Notes under the pieces: generated by a model
Seen by the model: only the letters and a program-made list of their open reading frames with translations
Databases searched by the model: none
Told to the model about the DNA's origin: nothing
In this document: in pieces, positions 48,001-60,100 of the stretch
How the letters are laid out: each line of letters starts with the position of its first letter
Position numbering within the stretch: position 1 is the stretch's first letter
Translations under genes and position numbers: made by a program
NCBI GenBank assembly: GCA_964199315.1
Contig: OZ116707.1
Coordinates: 9,052,001-9,116,000, forward strand
DNA from: Orbicella franksi
Lineage: Eukaryota
DNA length: 64,000 nt
Reading direction: 5' to 3'

Positions 48001-51000
48001 GTCAGTTTTTCCAATTTTACTTCAGTGATTAATTTCATCTTTGTCAATGTCAAGCTCATTCAGTAGTAGGCTACTGATTTTTTCACTCTTACCTGCTGAT
48101 GCATCACAGCAGTTTCTTTGGAAACTCATCTCTTTGTTGGTATCATTTAACATTGTCAGTGGTTGACTTGTGATTGTTGTCGCATCTTAAAACTTCATTA
48201 ACATTCATTGATTAAACAGGAAGCAGGGAATGTTGTACCATCTGCATTGGCCCATGGCAACAACTTTGTTTGACAGGGAAATCTATACTTACATGTTACA
48301 GACACTCTTGAAATTCTCGGTCATGTCTCCATAATTGAAGTTTGTGCTTAATATGGGTTTGTTTTGCCAACGGCATGGGAAGAAAAATTGGAGACTTACT
48401 GATCAGGGTGCTCTCTTAGCATGGAATCTGCTTAATATTAATTTCACTGAATGATATTTACATGACTATTTTATGATTGTAACTGAAATTACAATGTAAA
48501 CAACAATGTACTTATTTGTTTTTTTTTTTTTTTTACACAGTTGCATTTGCACAAGTGGACTGGCATGACTTTGTTGTCGTGGAAACTGTGGACTTCAAAG
48601 ACAGTGAAACAGGTTAGACGGCTTGAAATGCCATGAAATAGGGTTTTGTCTGGAGTCAAAAAACAGAATTTTTACAATTACTTGAGGTACGCTGCATGAC
48701 TCAGCATGAATGACAATGCATCTCAGTGGCCAGCATACATGTACATTGACATGTTGTGTTTCAGCTTATAACATGTAGTTACAATCAGGTCTTTTATTTA
48801 CAGTAGCTTTTGGATGTCAAGAAAAGAGTTTACTTCCCTAATTCTCTGTGTGCCAGATAGTGCAAAATGGTGTCACATGTGTTGAGCAACCTACCCTCTT
48901 TGCTGTTGCTTGGCTACACTCCAGTTCCCTCACCTGGCGTTGTTCCCTTCCTTCTCAACCATCCATGCCCATGTTGTTTTCTGGCAGCATTTTTATTGTG
49001 TTTTTGTTTTCATTTTCTTCAGCTAACTTACCTCCCCCAGTAAGTAGAGAACAGCTTGGAGCCAGGATATTGGCTCAGGAACGATATGAACAACTTCAGG
49101 TATGTCAAAGACATTATTTAGCGTTATGGTAAAATCTGTCAAGACATGAGTACAGCCTGCAGTGTTCTTTCACCTGTTCGTACTTTGTGCACCAGGAGGA
49201 TTTTTGTTGATGTAATATTCACTTCCGATGTACAGAAAAGTGAACCAAAGCTTATCTCTGGTTTCTGTAGCATGAAGTGAATAGTAGTATCTCTATTCAC
49301 CCTGGGATGCTAGTCCACTACAGGGGTCACCCCACACTTTTAGTTTTTAAGGGTACCCACTTACACACCTACGTGAAAGGAAGGTACCTTTGCCATGGGA
49401 ATCCTTCGCAGTAACCACCGGGTCATCGTGTCTCCCACCCTTTTTTAGAGCAATCACAGGACTGTTGTGTGGAAAAATTGCAAGATTGTATATTGAATTC
49501 CTGAACTTCCACAAATGAAATAACAAACAAACAACCAAAATGAAGCTTAAGCAAAGCCTTTGCGAAAGACGGGGTGTTTGATTTGGAAATTTGGAAATCT
49601 GTTCTTTTTCAAAGACCTGGCTCATTGAAAATTTAAACAAGTCATCAAGTCAGTTGTTTGTATTTGTTTCGTAGGACGAAGGAGCTGCTCCTGATGACAT
49701 GGAAGTCAACATGGATGTGGAGATGGAAGTCGATGAACCAGAACCACCCGTCCTGCAACCTCCACCCCCTCCCCCTCCCCCTAAGGATCCAAGTGCGGTA
49801 AGTCAAGTGTAGTTTGTAGAAGCTTAGTGATTTAACTAGTGCAGTGTGGATCATTCACTTCTCACATTAGGTGTAGAGCTCTATGAATTGTTGAAAAACG
49901 TCTACTCTCAACAGTTAAGATGTAAAAAAGGAATAAGGGATGTAAAATTTTTTGGTGTTGTTTTGTTATTGCTGTTTTTTGAGTCTGGAAGTGAAATTAT
50001 TTTTTGAACCATTTTGTAATGTATCCATACTTTTCATCTTGCAGAAGAGCGCTGACTCAAATGAGATTCCTCTTCCACCAATACCCTCTGAGCCCGGCCC
50101 CAAACCGCCCCTACCTCCCACAGCCCCTGGCGCCAATATTCAGATCCGACGAGGGTATGATCCCAAGGCTCCTAAAGCAGCTGCACCTCAAGTCCAACCT
50201 GATAAGTTCCTGATCTCACCAATCACTGGTGAGCGAGTGCCTGCTGAAAACATGGCTGAACACATGAAGATCAGTCTGTTGGATCCACGATGGAGAGAAC
50301 AGCGAGATCGAGTGTTACAGGAGAAGAAAGAACAAGAACAAGTGTTTGCTGAAGGTAAATTGAAACAGTTTCGAATTCCTTGAAGTCTATAGAGCTAGGT
50401 AGCCAAAGGAAAGTGTTTTCTTATTTCTTTGACATCATTTTGATAACTTCTGATGGCTTCCGTTTCAATTAGCCAATCAAACTGCGACAACTTGCCACTG
50501 GTTTCGAACGTTCACGGGTTCAGAATTTTGAAATTCCCATGAGAGTGAATGATGAATTTGACAATTCAACATCTCCGCCCAAGACGGTTCCCAGGTGTTA
50601 ATTACCCGGTTCAAATAGAAACCTGCAAGGAGTTGTCAAAAATATGTCAAAATTTCTTCAAAAACTGGTGGCAATGGTACGGTGCGTGCACTGTAAATGA
50701 CTTTAGAGAGGAGTCTGAGATCTGAACCATAACTCATTACGTCTTCTTTAGGCATGTCCATTGGTAGCAGTCTGAAGCAGTTGGCAGAGCGCCGTACGGA
50801 TATCTTCGGAGCTGGAGACGAAGAAACAGTGATCGGTAAAAAGATCGGTGAAGAAGACACCCGCAAACCAGAGAAGGTCACGTGGGATGGTCACACTGCG
50901 TCCATGGCTGCGACGTCACGCTTGGCTCAGCAAGGCGTGACACTGGAACAACAGATCGAGGCCATACACAAGTCTAAGGGACTCACGTAAGTAATGTGCC

Positions 51001-54000
51001 GCTGTTGTGTTCATTAATACCCAGCCACGTTGCACAACCAGTGAGTAACGCAACCAGCAAGTACAGTAAGTAAGTACGTAACCAGTGAGTGACGCAAGAC
51101 AAGACCTGACTTTTGTCTGTTTTTCCCAGGCCTTCGGAAGAGAGAGAACGAATCGGACCAAAAGTTCCACAGGAAGAGAAACCTGAAACACAGCGACCAC
51201 CAACAACGGCCATCCCGCCCCCTCCCTCCATGACCTCGATGTCCACAACGCATGTACCACCTCCACCCCCTCTGTCGACCATGATGAACTTACCACCACC
51301 TCCCCCCATGCTCCCGCCTGGTGGACCGCCACAATTTTTGGGTAAGCATTCATTTCTGTTCAAGCTCCAGAAAAGCAACCTGGTAGCCTTTACATGTACA
51401 AGGCATTAGAACATTACAGCTGTAGGTCCCATGAAGATAGTGCACAGCTAATCTACGTTCTGATGGCGAATTTTGGAAAAAAACCGGGATATGCTAAAAC
51501 TTCCTCAATCTATGCCTTCTTTAATTCCTTTTGGTTTATCGTTATCTTTGTAGTCGATATTTTTTGGAGTAAAACAATTCCAGTTTTCTGTTTTTTTTTC
51601 ATGTCGTTTTATATGATTAGTATTTAGTGACCTTTTACTCCGTTTTCTGTCGCACTAATCGAGTGGCTGTATCGCCCACCCACTAAATGAGATGTTTTTT
51701 TTCCTCCTCCTATTTAATTCTTTCCCTAAATTGCATAACCTTAAAACAGTCTCGTGCGTGGAGGATTCCAGGAACAAAAACCGATTACTCTTGGTCTGAA
51801 TAAGATGCTTCTTGTATTCTTTTCGTGTTACCCTCCCCCAATCAGCATTCTGTGCCACTTCGACAATTGGCCAGTGCCCGTAACCACAACTGGAGGGATG
51901 GTTACGTGTACCGGCTCGGATGTGTCTCATGTCAAACAAACAAGATACTAAAAACTCAATTCTTTACGCGTCTATCCCTAGGTATTCCGCCTCCGCCGCC
52001 CCCTGGCGGGCTCCCACGGATGCCGCCTCCGCCGTTTGTTAATCCTAGTCCCCCGGTGGCTCCTCCCATGTCAAGTAAGCGGGAGGCAGATGGAGACGAT
52101 TCGGTTGGCAAGAAGTCGAGGACTGAGCCGGCTGAAGCGAATCTTATTCCTGAAGACGAGTTCCTCGCATCCAACCCCAACCCAGTCACATTTGGTGTTC
52201 AGATTCCTCTCATGCCAGACAAGGCCGAGTGGAAACTGGATGGCAATACTATCCGTCTTACTTTACCGCTTACAGATCAGGTGAGTGGGAGACTGGTGAC
52301 AAGCGTGCCTCCATGTAACTCAAACATGTGATCGGCTGAAATCAAATTGTCTCCGCGCGAAATGTCGCATCAAAATGACAGATCTTTTTTTGAAGCAGCA
52401 TCCATTTGATTGTCGTAAAACCTAAACCGAAGCAGCAGCAGTGGTCAATACGCAAGTAAGACAACTAGCCAAAGAGAACTTAAAGCAAACGCACGAAGCC
52501 GGCGCCCAGCGCGGGAAAAAACACGTGACCAACCAACCTCTTTCCTAGGGTGGGAAAAAGAGAGGCTGGTGACTAACTTGTGAGTACAATGCAACTCCGC
52601 ACTACAAGTAGTTTCGACATAATTGGAAATTAACTACCAAACGTCTGCTTGAGAAAACCTGTTGATTCTAGGAGGAACTGAAAATCTATTTTGTAAATTC
52701 TGGCGAAGAACCGTGAATGTTAACCTGTTGATGTAATTTGTTTGTCTGGTAGGTTTCTGTGATCAAGGCAAAGCTTCACGAGATTACTGGGATGCCAGCT
52801 GGGAAACAAAAACTGCAGCTTGGGGTAAGCACTGTTACTGTGATCAGCATTAAAAATCTCCACACTGTTGAAATCGCATACATTGTCTATGTTCCTCTTT
52901 GGGAGAATCTGGTTTTAGGTCCAAGAAGTTTTCTGGAGATGATCAGTGACATCTATACATTACTCTATCAATTTATTGTATTAAAAACTTGGAGAGGTGA
53001 TCATAAGTCCAGGATCGGAGCTGATCATGTTGCTGAAAGAAACGAGAAAACAAGCTCGGGAGGTTTTCAATACTCTGAACACGGTTCCACATGGCCGTTT
53101 GGATTCAGCTGGATTTGCTAATTTAAAATACCTGCATATAAGTTTTAAAATCTCAGTTTCTACTAAAATCTATTTAAATCGTTCTTAGTCTCAGTCTCCT
53201 TTGCGAGGAAGTAGCTCCCCAGAGCGTGATTGTGCCAAAGATGGATGGCGCACTCTTTTGCACAAATCACTATCTTGTGCATTGATGTTTATTCACACTG
53301 TACGTTTGCTAACACGGATCCAGTCAATAACAGAGTGTTATCTTTTGTCTGAGCAACCGGACTAGGAATCTTCCCGACTTTCAGTCATCGTTAACCTCCC
53401 ACGATGACGCTCTTTAGGCTCATCTCAAGTCTTCTTCCCCAAGAACGTGGGAGAGACATCCCAAAGAACGCCTGTGCAGGAGGCTGAGTCATCATAAGGT
53501 TCCTTTCCTTCTTACATAACCTTGCGTGTTGGAAAGTCATTTTGGCGCTGTCGTGTTACGAGCATTTCAGACAAATTCTTAAGCCGAAAAAAGACGAGAA
53601 TGTACAAACACAGAGAAGAGAACTTTTTAATTTGCTCGAGCCGGACTGTCTGTCTCTAAATATAATAGTCGTGGTAGGAGGACAAATTTTCTTTGTTTCG
53701 ATGAAGAGGAAGTTTATGTGCTTGGTCTGAGTGGATTGTGAGACTTATCCCCAGACCGCCTGATTCCATTTGATTCCTTTGTCGTGGATTATCCTGTTTA
53801 TCCGTCAAAATCCGTTTTCCGATTGCTATCCGTATTATAAGGGATCCGTTGGACGGAAAATCGGCTTCAGTCTAGACTAGAATTAATGCCCCTTTATACA
53901 AATATTGTTTTAGCTTTGAGAACGCGAAGACAAAGACCTAGAGTACCTATAATAGTTGATTGAGACTGTCGCTCCCACACGGAATACCGTCGTCAGTGAC

Positions 54001-54760
54001 TCTACGTTGTGCTTCTCTCTTCACGCTCAAAGAAGTTGATTAACATAAGTCAGTGCAGTTTAACTACGATCCCGTTTTTCGCGCATTTGGTTAACTTGCG
54101 TGCGCTTTGATAGAGTTCCCATCCATGCGCAAATCGACTTTTCGCCGTTTTGCCACCCAAGAGAAGACGAAACAAGTTGATTTTTTTGTTTCCTCTAGCA
54201 TAGCCTCACGAGTGGGACTAATCGCGCCGGAAATATTAAAATGGCGTCTTTTTGCAACTTGGGGCCTCGTTTAGCCACCCACCGCAAACGCAACTCGTTG
54301 GAATCTTGTTGAATGTATTTGTAAAACTTTGCTCAACTTTCGAGCCCGTTTGTCCGAAACGTTTTTTTCTGTAAGTAGATTGTCGAGTTAAAACAAAATC
54401 CTCTGATTGATGGTTTCCGTTATTCTCATTATTACTCTGCTTGGTAATGTTTTCATTTTGCCAGAAGAATATCAATGTTGATCGTTGTGGCTGTGAAAAA
54501 TAGTCAGATAAAAAGCATGTCATTGTTCAGCAGGGAAGATGTGTGAATCCGCAGTTTTCCTGTTTTTTTTCTCCTATCTACAATGCTACGAGGTGTTAAA
54601 ATTTTGGAAAAGGTTTGGGTTGCCTTCTTCATCTCTTCTCTTTTGTGTTTTTTTGCAGGGCATCTTTATCAAAGATTCCAACTCGCTGGCTTATTACAAC
54701 GTTACTCCTTCCAGTGTGGTGCAGCTTCAGCTCAAAGAACGTGGAGGAAGAAAGAAATGA
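42003..54760 (+). CDS. SF3A1: Splicing factor 3A subunit 1 (SURP1, SURP2, PRP21-like, ubiquitin-like domain), ~727 aa
   Basis: 18 exons: 42003-42045, 42573-42611, 43749-43880, 44159-44196, 44581-44696, 45323-45401, 45820-45900, 46538-46600, 47467-47557, 48541-48612, 49023-49099, 49675-49797, 50045-50354, 50752-50986, 51130-51341, 51982-52280, 52753-52824, 54659-54760 (2184 nt). Hallmarks: IYPPPEVRNIVDKTASFVARNG, RNYQFDFLRPQHSLFNYFTKLVEQY, DWHDFVVVETVDF, SPITGE, LKQLAERRTDIFG, GIFIKDSNSLAYYN, LKERGGRKK*. Confidence 0.97.
42046..42572 (+). other. Probable U12-type (minor spliceosome) GT-AG intron, SF3A1 intron 1
   Basis: 5' splice site GTATCTT (U12 consensus RTATCCTT); branch site TCCTTAAC at 42554-42561, only 11 nt before the AG; no polypyrimidine tract. 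Phase 1 splicing restores EVR|NIVDK. Confidence 0.75.
43418..43530 (-). mobile_element. Degenerate SINE 3' fragment in an SF3A1 intron
   Basis: GTTTCTGTAGCAT...GGGATGTTAGTC...GGTTACCCTCAGCATT, shared with the 49256-49400 copy. Confidence 0.45.
49256..49400 (-). mobile_element. Degenerate SINE copy in an SF3A1 intron
   Basis: GGTTTCTGTAGCATGAAG...GGGATGCTAGTCCA...GGTACCCACTTACACACCT; its end is the reverse complement of the 63930-63975 body. Confidence 0.5.
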
Positions 54761-54981
54761 GAGACTACTTAAATTCTTTGTCATGTCTTTTTCTTTAATA
54801 TTTGTACGTCTGCGTGTTTAAATTAAACTGTGCAGGAAACGCTATTACGTTTAGAATAGACTCTGCGCTTGGACGTATGGTTTTTAGCTTTAGATAAAAC
54901 TTTTAACATGAAATAGTGCAGTTTTTTGAACTTTTTGCCTCGTTTGTTCTGTTCTGTTCTAAATTACACGTCCTCACTCAC

Positions 54982-55132
54982 AGAGCGGTTTTCAATTGAG
55001 TGTCGTAAAACCAACGCCAAACCAATTACTTACCAATTAGACTACTCAGCCAATCTCAAAAGGTTGTTAAACCAATACCAAAACCAAAGTAATTGCCTGA
55101 TTACTTTCGACGCTCAATTGAAAACCGCTCTA
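54982..55132. mobile_element. Second copy of the AGAGCGGTTTTCAATTGA MITE, just 3' of SF3A1
   Basis: Same TIRs and internal sequence (CCAATTAGACTACTCAGCCAATCTCAAA) as 4516-4670. Confidence 0.85.
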
Positions 55133-56046
55133 TCAAAAAAAGAATAAAATAAAAATGAATAAATAAATAAATAAATAAATAGAGTTTTCGGCACTGATAA
55201 CTTTGTCTTACTCCTGTCCTACCCATAATTCAGCAAGTCTCGAACAGAGTTTACGTCACAGAAGTTGCTAAGCAACAGGTCATTTCTGTTCCTTGCTGAC
55301 GTAACAACTTTTGGAGTCAGTACTATTCAGTGATTTTTTAGTCATGGTCATAGGCTGCGGAGAAAGTAAGGCTGCTGAAAAACCATTCTTAACCCTTGTG
55401 ACATTTTCAAAAATTCTGCACCTAACAACACCAACAAAGATGTTCTTTTCGCATTTTCTTTAAAACTGGCACAATCACTAGTGCCCCTCCCCCCCTCCTT
55501 GGGGATAAATTTGGGTCGGCTCGATACAGGAAGTTTCTCGAAAAAGAAACGACTTTTTTTTAACGCGGTTCAAAATAGTTAATGGTTCACAGCAGACGAC
55601 AGTTAACCCTGATATCGATGTGGACCTAATTTGCCATGAGACCATAATCTGTGTTTACGGTTCTTGTAAGGTACATCAATATGGCGGTCGTATACCACAA
55701 ACTGTAATTGCCAGAAAAAAAGATTCCTTTTAGCTTTGTTATAAAGCCCAAAAGCATGAATTGTACAGCCATAGACTATTAATGGCACTGGAGAGCTGAT
55801 TGGTCACATAAAATTTAATTGTGTTGTTTGTCGACCTTTATAGTTGAGTAAAAGGGTTCCAGCACAAACGAAAGAGCTCTTTTTGCATTGTGGCCTCGGG
55901 AATAATTTTCTGTCGTCCCAATAATTGTCGCGATTGTGTGTCAATTGTCGCACAGTCAGGCGGAACAGCTGCGCGTCGCTGGTCCATTGGATCGCAGGCT
56001 AAAGTTGAAACGCGCACGACACGAGGTGGCCATTTTCAACTATTCT

Positions 56047-56711
56047 TCAGTAGATTTGAGGAATGTGAGGACTGGCTATGAATGGGTAAGATAGTTACTG
56101 GGCTGTGTAATTCTAATAGTGTAATCGAACAACCTGTATTCCATACGTTATATTATAGATATTAATGATTGGCTTACCCGCGGGCGTTTGTTGACGAACG
56201 ATTTCATAGCGTGCGACATTGTTTGTCGTATAAACTGCTTGCATAAGCTCGAAATGCTCTCGTGTTTCATTTGAACAAACTATTTGCAACGAGTCGTTTC
56301 TGAATACGCAAAACGAAAACAAAAAACAATGAGAGACTACGATCGATGCACACGGCTCAGAAATACGCACAAGCAAATCCCAAAACACTCTTGAGGGTCT
56401 TGATACCTGTGTCGATATACATTCTTGGTAGCCTCTTTGATTATTCTTTTCACAGAGGATCAGGTATCAGTTAAATAATAGGCTCTGTATGTAAGTGTAA
56501 AAGGAAAAGATTTCCGGAGTAACTTCTCAAAATAGCCCCAAGAACTGTTTAACGATGTTTTATACGCACTTCCGTTGGCGTCAACAGGGTAAAACGAAAG
56601 TTATTTTGCATAAACGCCGCGGGTTGATTTACACCTGTCATGCTCAATATGTACTCCATTAACGTTTGAGATGGGTTTTTCTTCACTTTTGAATTTTGAA
56701 GCATTCGCCAT
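56047..56711 (-). CDS. Candidate small gene (101 aa with exon B, 75 aa without) divergent from the OTULIN-like gene; exon B contains an in-frame TGA
   Basis: Phase-compatible GT-AG exons 56711-56635, 56484-56407 (TGA at 56462-56460), 56299-56178 and 56075-56047. Exons B and C have strong polypyrimidine acceptors. No recognised homology. Confidence 0.35.
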
Positions 56712-56741
56712 TGATCGAAGAAATACGAAACAAAATAGGAG

Positions 56742-56766
56742 GGAAGTAAGAGGAAGTGACGGAAGT
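56742..56766. promoter_or_regulatory. Triple ETS/GABP-type GGAAGT sites, probable bidirectional promoter
   Basis: GGAAGT at 56742, 56752 and 56761 (about one helical turn apart), between divergent ATGs at 56711 (-) and 57133 (+). Confidence 0.5.
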
Positions 56767-57132
56767 CAGTCTAAGCGTGACACGTATGCCATGCGTGACA
56801 ATGACAACCCGTTATTTCCTTTCAGTACAATTATCCTGACGGGGAGGTGATAAGAAGTCTTTTGTGTGTGAGTTCTTTCCTTAGGCCAATCAAGCTTTGC
56901 AGGGATTTTTGTGCTCTGCAAGAAATATAGTTACGTTGATGTAGACACTGTTAAAGTGTTGTTTGCTGCTATTTTTCCTTCGGGGAATATATATATATTT
57001 TTTTGATTGACCTTACCCCACCCCTCCCCTGTTCACTGCTCTAAATTGTCCGGGTCTTTGTTCACGCACACGTCCCACGAATCGTCACTTTCATCAAGCT
57101 TTGATTCATTTCGGGTGGTCTTGTGATTTGCA

Positions 57133-60100
57133 ATGAGTCTCACGAGAACTGTAGATGCCGGTAAGTTTTCGGGACTGTTTAAACTAGTGGATTTGATTTT
57201 TTGCACCGAAGTGGAAAGAAACTGACAAATTTTCCACCACCTGCTATTGAACCTTTCGGGATCTCTTTCAAAGATTCGGCGGGCCGCCTTCAAGAACGCT
57301 GCTTCACGTGTGTACACTGTCCATTTGACTGAAGTTTTTTCGTATTTCATGTTGTTTTTACAGATGTCCATGCTTTGCTGGTGTATATAGTTTCGTTCCT
57401 TCTCTGTGTGGTGTGTTTTTGCTTACTCGTTCGGGCGTACAGGCGAAAGCACCAGTATAGAAAACAAAAAGAGCGGCAACGACCATTTATCAAAAGAAAA
57501 CGGGACTCGCTGTCACCGAGGACAAGTCTGTTGTTTGGAAATCTGGTGAGTTTTCATTATAACATTATTATTATTTCAAATGACGCAGTTTCTCTTTCGA
57601 AGGACCATCGAACCGTTGAAAGCATGAGTTGCATTTAGATTTCAAGTGCTTTTATCAAAATCATGGCGTCAAAAATCAACATAGGTGAACAAGTCAGGAA
57701 TATTGTTGAGTCGCTCATCGAACGAAACCAGTCTAAAATTTTTATCCTACTGTACCAAAAAGAGGAACTACTCCAAGTTTTTTAAGGCTTTCTTGTTTAT
57801 GAAGTTACAAGCAAACAAAGATCGTGTCCTTGATGTAAATATGCGTGTAGTTTGCCGACCAACGTACATGGAAGGGTAATGAAGCTTATTTTTATGTTAA
57901 GATTAGGTAATCTAGATCATATCTCGTTTGGAGGAAATGAGATATTTTGATCTCCTTGCTCTTACAATGTAGTAGACGTGTTTTCATTTGCGATTATTTT
58001 GTCGAAGAAATTCAAAGAAAGTTCAAATATCCGTTTTGCGGTTTCTTGAATTAGCATTTCTTGTCGGCGTGTAACTGCATGCTTAAAAATAGATTGCGCG
58101 CGAATCGATTCATGAAGTACAGAATGTTTAACCACAAACCCGAGCACAAAGTATAAGTGCAATTTGGGCATTTTTGTGTGTGTGGGCCGTTTACCCTTTC
58201 GAAACAATGGATCTGTCATTGTTCGGTTTTCGTCTCATTTTTGGCACCAACTGTAAATTTTCTACGATCACCTGCCGAGTGCTTTCTAAACATTGACAAT
58301 GAAATTATTAAAGTTAACTGAAGCGTAATTTATTTGCAGTGTTTATTTTAATAAATTGTCCCAAGTCTTTTCAAAACAGCGTGGTTAATTTTAAACAAAA
58401 CTTTCTGACTTCAATAAACTTGGTGAGAATGCATGACTCAACAGCTTTTGATAGCGTGAAGGTGTAAATATATATTTAAAAAAATTCCCGTATATCAATT
58501 GAATTTAAATAATATGATAATGTCGATTTTCATCCCTTCGTTTTATTGTTAGTAACAATTCTGGTTTTGTCCACACTTACACGTGAAGATTAGAAGGAAT
58601 AATTTAATAGTAGCACAGAGAAGAAGTCAATCAATTTCTCTTGTTATATCCATATGAGAAATATCAGTTTGCATATCAATATTTTTCCATTTGATTCTGC
58701 ATAAAATTACTGCTAATTTTTGTTGACATTTTTTTTTCAGTTTTAGTGTTCGACACAGATCCAATCAATACATGTAATTTATTCTTGGCCTTGTCAGAAT
58801 TGTCTGTTTGCTCAGGCAACATCTTTTTCATTGTTTTGACATATGTTTAACCACTGAAAAAATAATCTTACCGCATGAATAAACATAATTTAACAAGCAC
58901 ATACATGGCAAGATATGTAAACTATTCATTATTGATATTCTCCTGTAGCTAAATTGCTTTAATATGCCGATGGTTCCAGTATCTTTACTGAAACCACTAG
59001 AAATAATGTTTTTTCTGTGTTGGTGGTCTTCATCCTTCAAACCTACCTTAACTAACACAGTTGGAAACCAATCTTGACAAAGCTTTTTTGTGCTTACTTA
59101 TTCATGTATACTCACATGGAATGCACTAATTAGGGATGATTCTGAATTTTTCTGTTGATTAAAAATTTAGGATAGATTGTATAGAGAGAAACTGAACATG
59201 CTAAAATCCCAAATGAGAAAATGACTGAATAACATCCTTATTACGCTAATTTATCCATGCATGTTTTTAAGTTCAATCCAGTTAGCCTGAAGTTAAATCA
59301 GTGGCTTTCCAAATTATTATATTTTTAATCCAGCAGGTTACAAAATTTGTAACCTGCTGAATTAATGTATGTCACTTTTTATTGATTATAATCTAACTTA
59401 ATCCACCAACTTATTTCCCAAGTTGACAGTGATTATCCTTCTTGTTGACTTCAAGGCCAGCTGTTCTTCGTAGTATCTGGCTAACATTTTGATTTATCAA
59501 AATTCCACATTATTGTTTGCAGTCCTTTTGAACTTTTTTAAACTTTTTTTCTGTTGGAGAAGTAGCATAAAATTTTGTGCAGGGAATTTGTGATTCAAAA
59601 ACAGATGTCCATCCGTACTGTATAAGCATATTTAATATGTGATGTAATTACTCTCAAAATTTTAGATAATTAACATTGTACTCACTTTGTGGGGTATCAA
59701 AATGCGGTTAGCCACTACTGTTGGTTGGAGCTACTCTGATGCCCAAGAGAACAATAGAGAAACAAAGCACGTAGCTAGCTCTGATAACAAAAGATCTGCA
59801 TTGCCAGTGGGCTTGTAGTGTGATATAGATCTGATATCCTGCTTGTAGGAAGCTGTTTTATGTGTGTATTAAGAATTGATTGATGGAAAGAAAAGTAATT
59901 ATGTTCAAAACAATATCCATGGACAGATCTTGAGAGGTCATGAAATAATACAGCATAATATCACATTGTGGTCTTAGATGACCCCAGAAATTGGGGTCTA
60001 AACATCATTGGTAGTCGAATCTTGTTCCAGTCTTCTGAAATCTTCCTGATCAATGTAAATTGTACATGCATTGTTTTGGTGTTTCCTTCATTTTGAAGAA

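Noticed and set aside
50636-52189. Gly-rich minus-strand ORFs (50916-51353, 50983-51378, 51956-52189)
   Set aside because: Antisense shadows of the Pro-rich SF3A1 exons.
55890-56085. Plus-strand signal-peptide-like frame (FSVVPIIVAIVCQLSHSQA...) ending at a GT donor
   Set aside because: There is an in-frame stop and no ATG just upstream, no compatible downstream exon, and it is codon-aligned antisense to the minus-strand candidate.
57639-57875. Protein-like stretch MASKINIGEQ...LLQ / FKAFLF...YMEG joined by a 1-nt shift in a T-run
   Set aside because: It needs a frameshift and I recognise no homology; it could be an assembly indel, but this cannot be supported from sequence alone.
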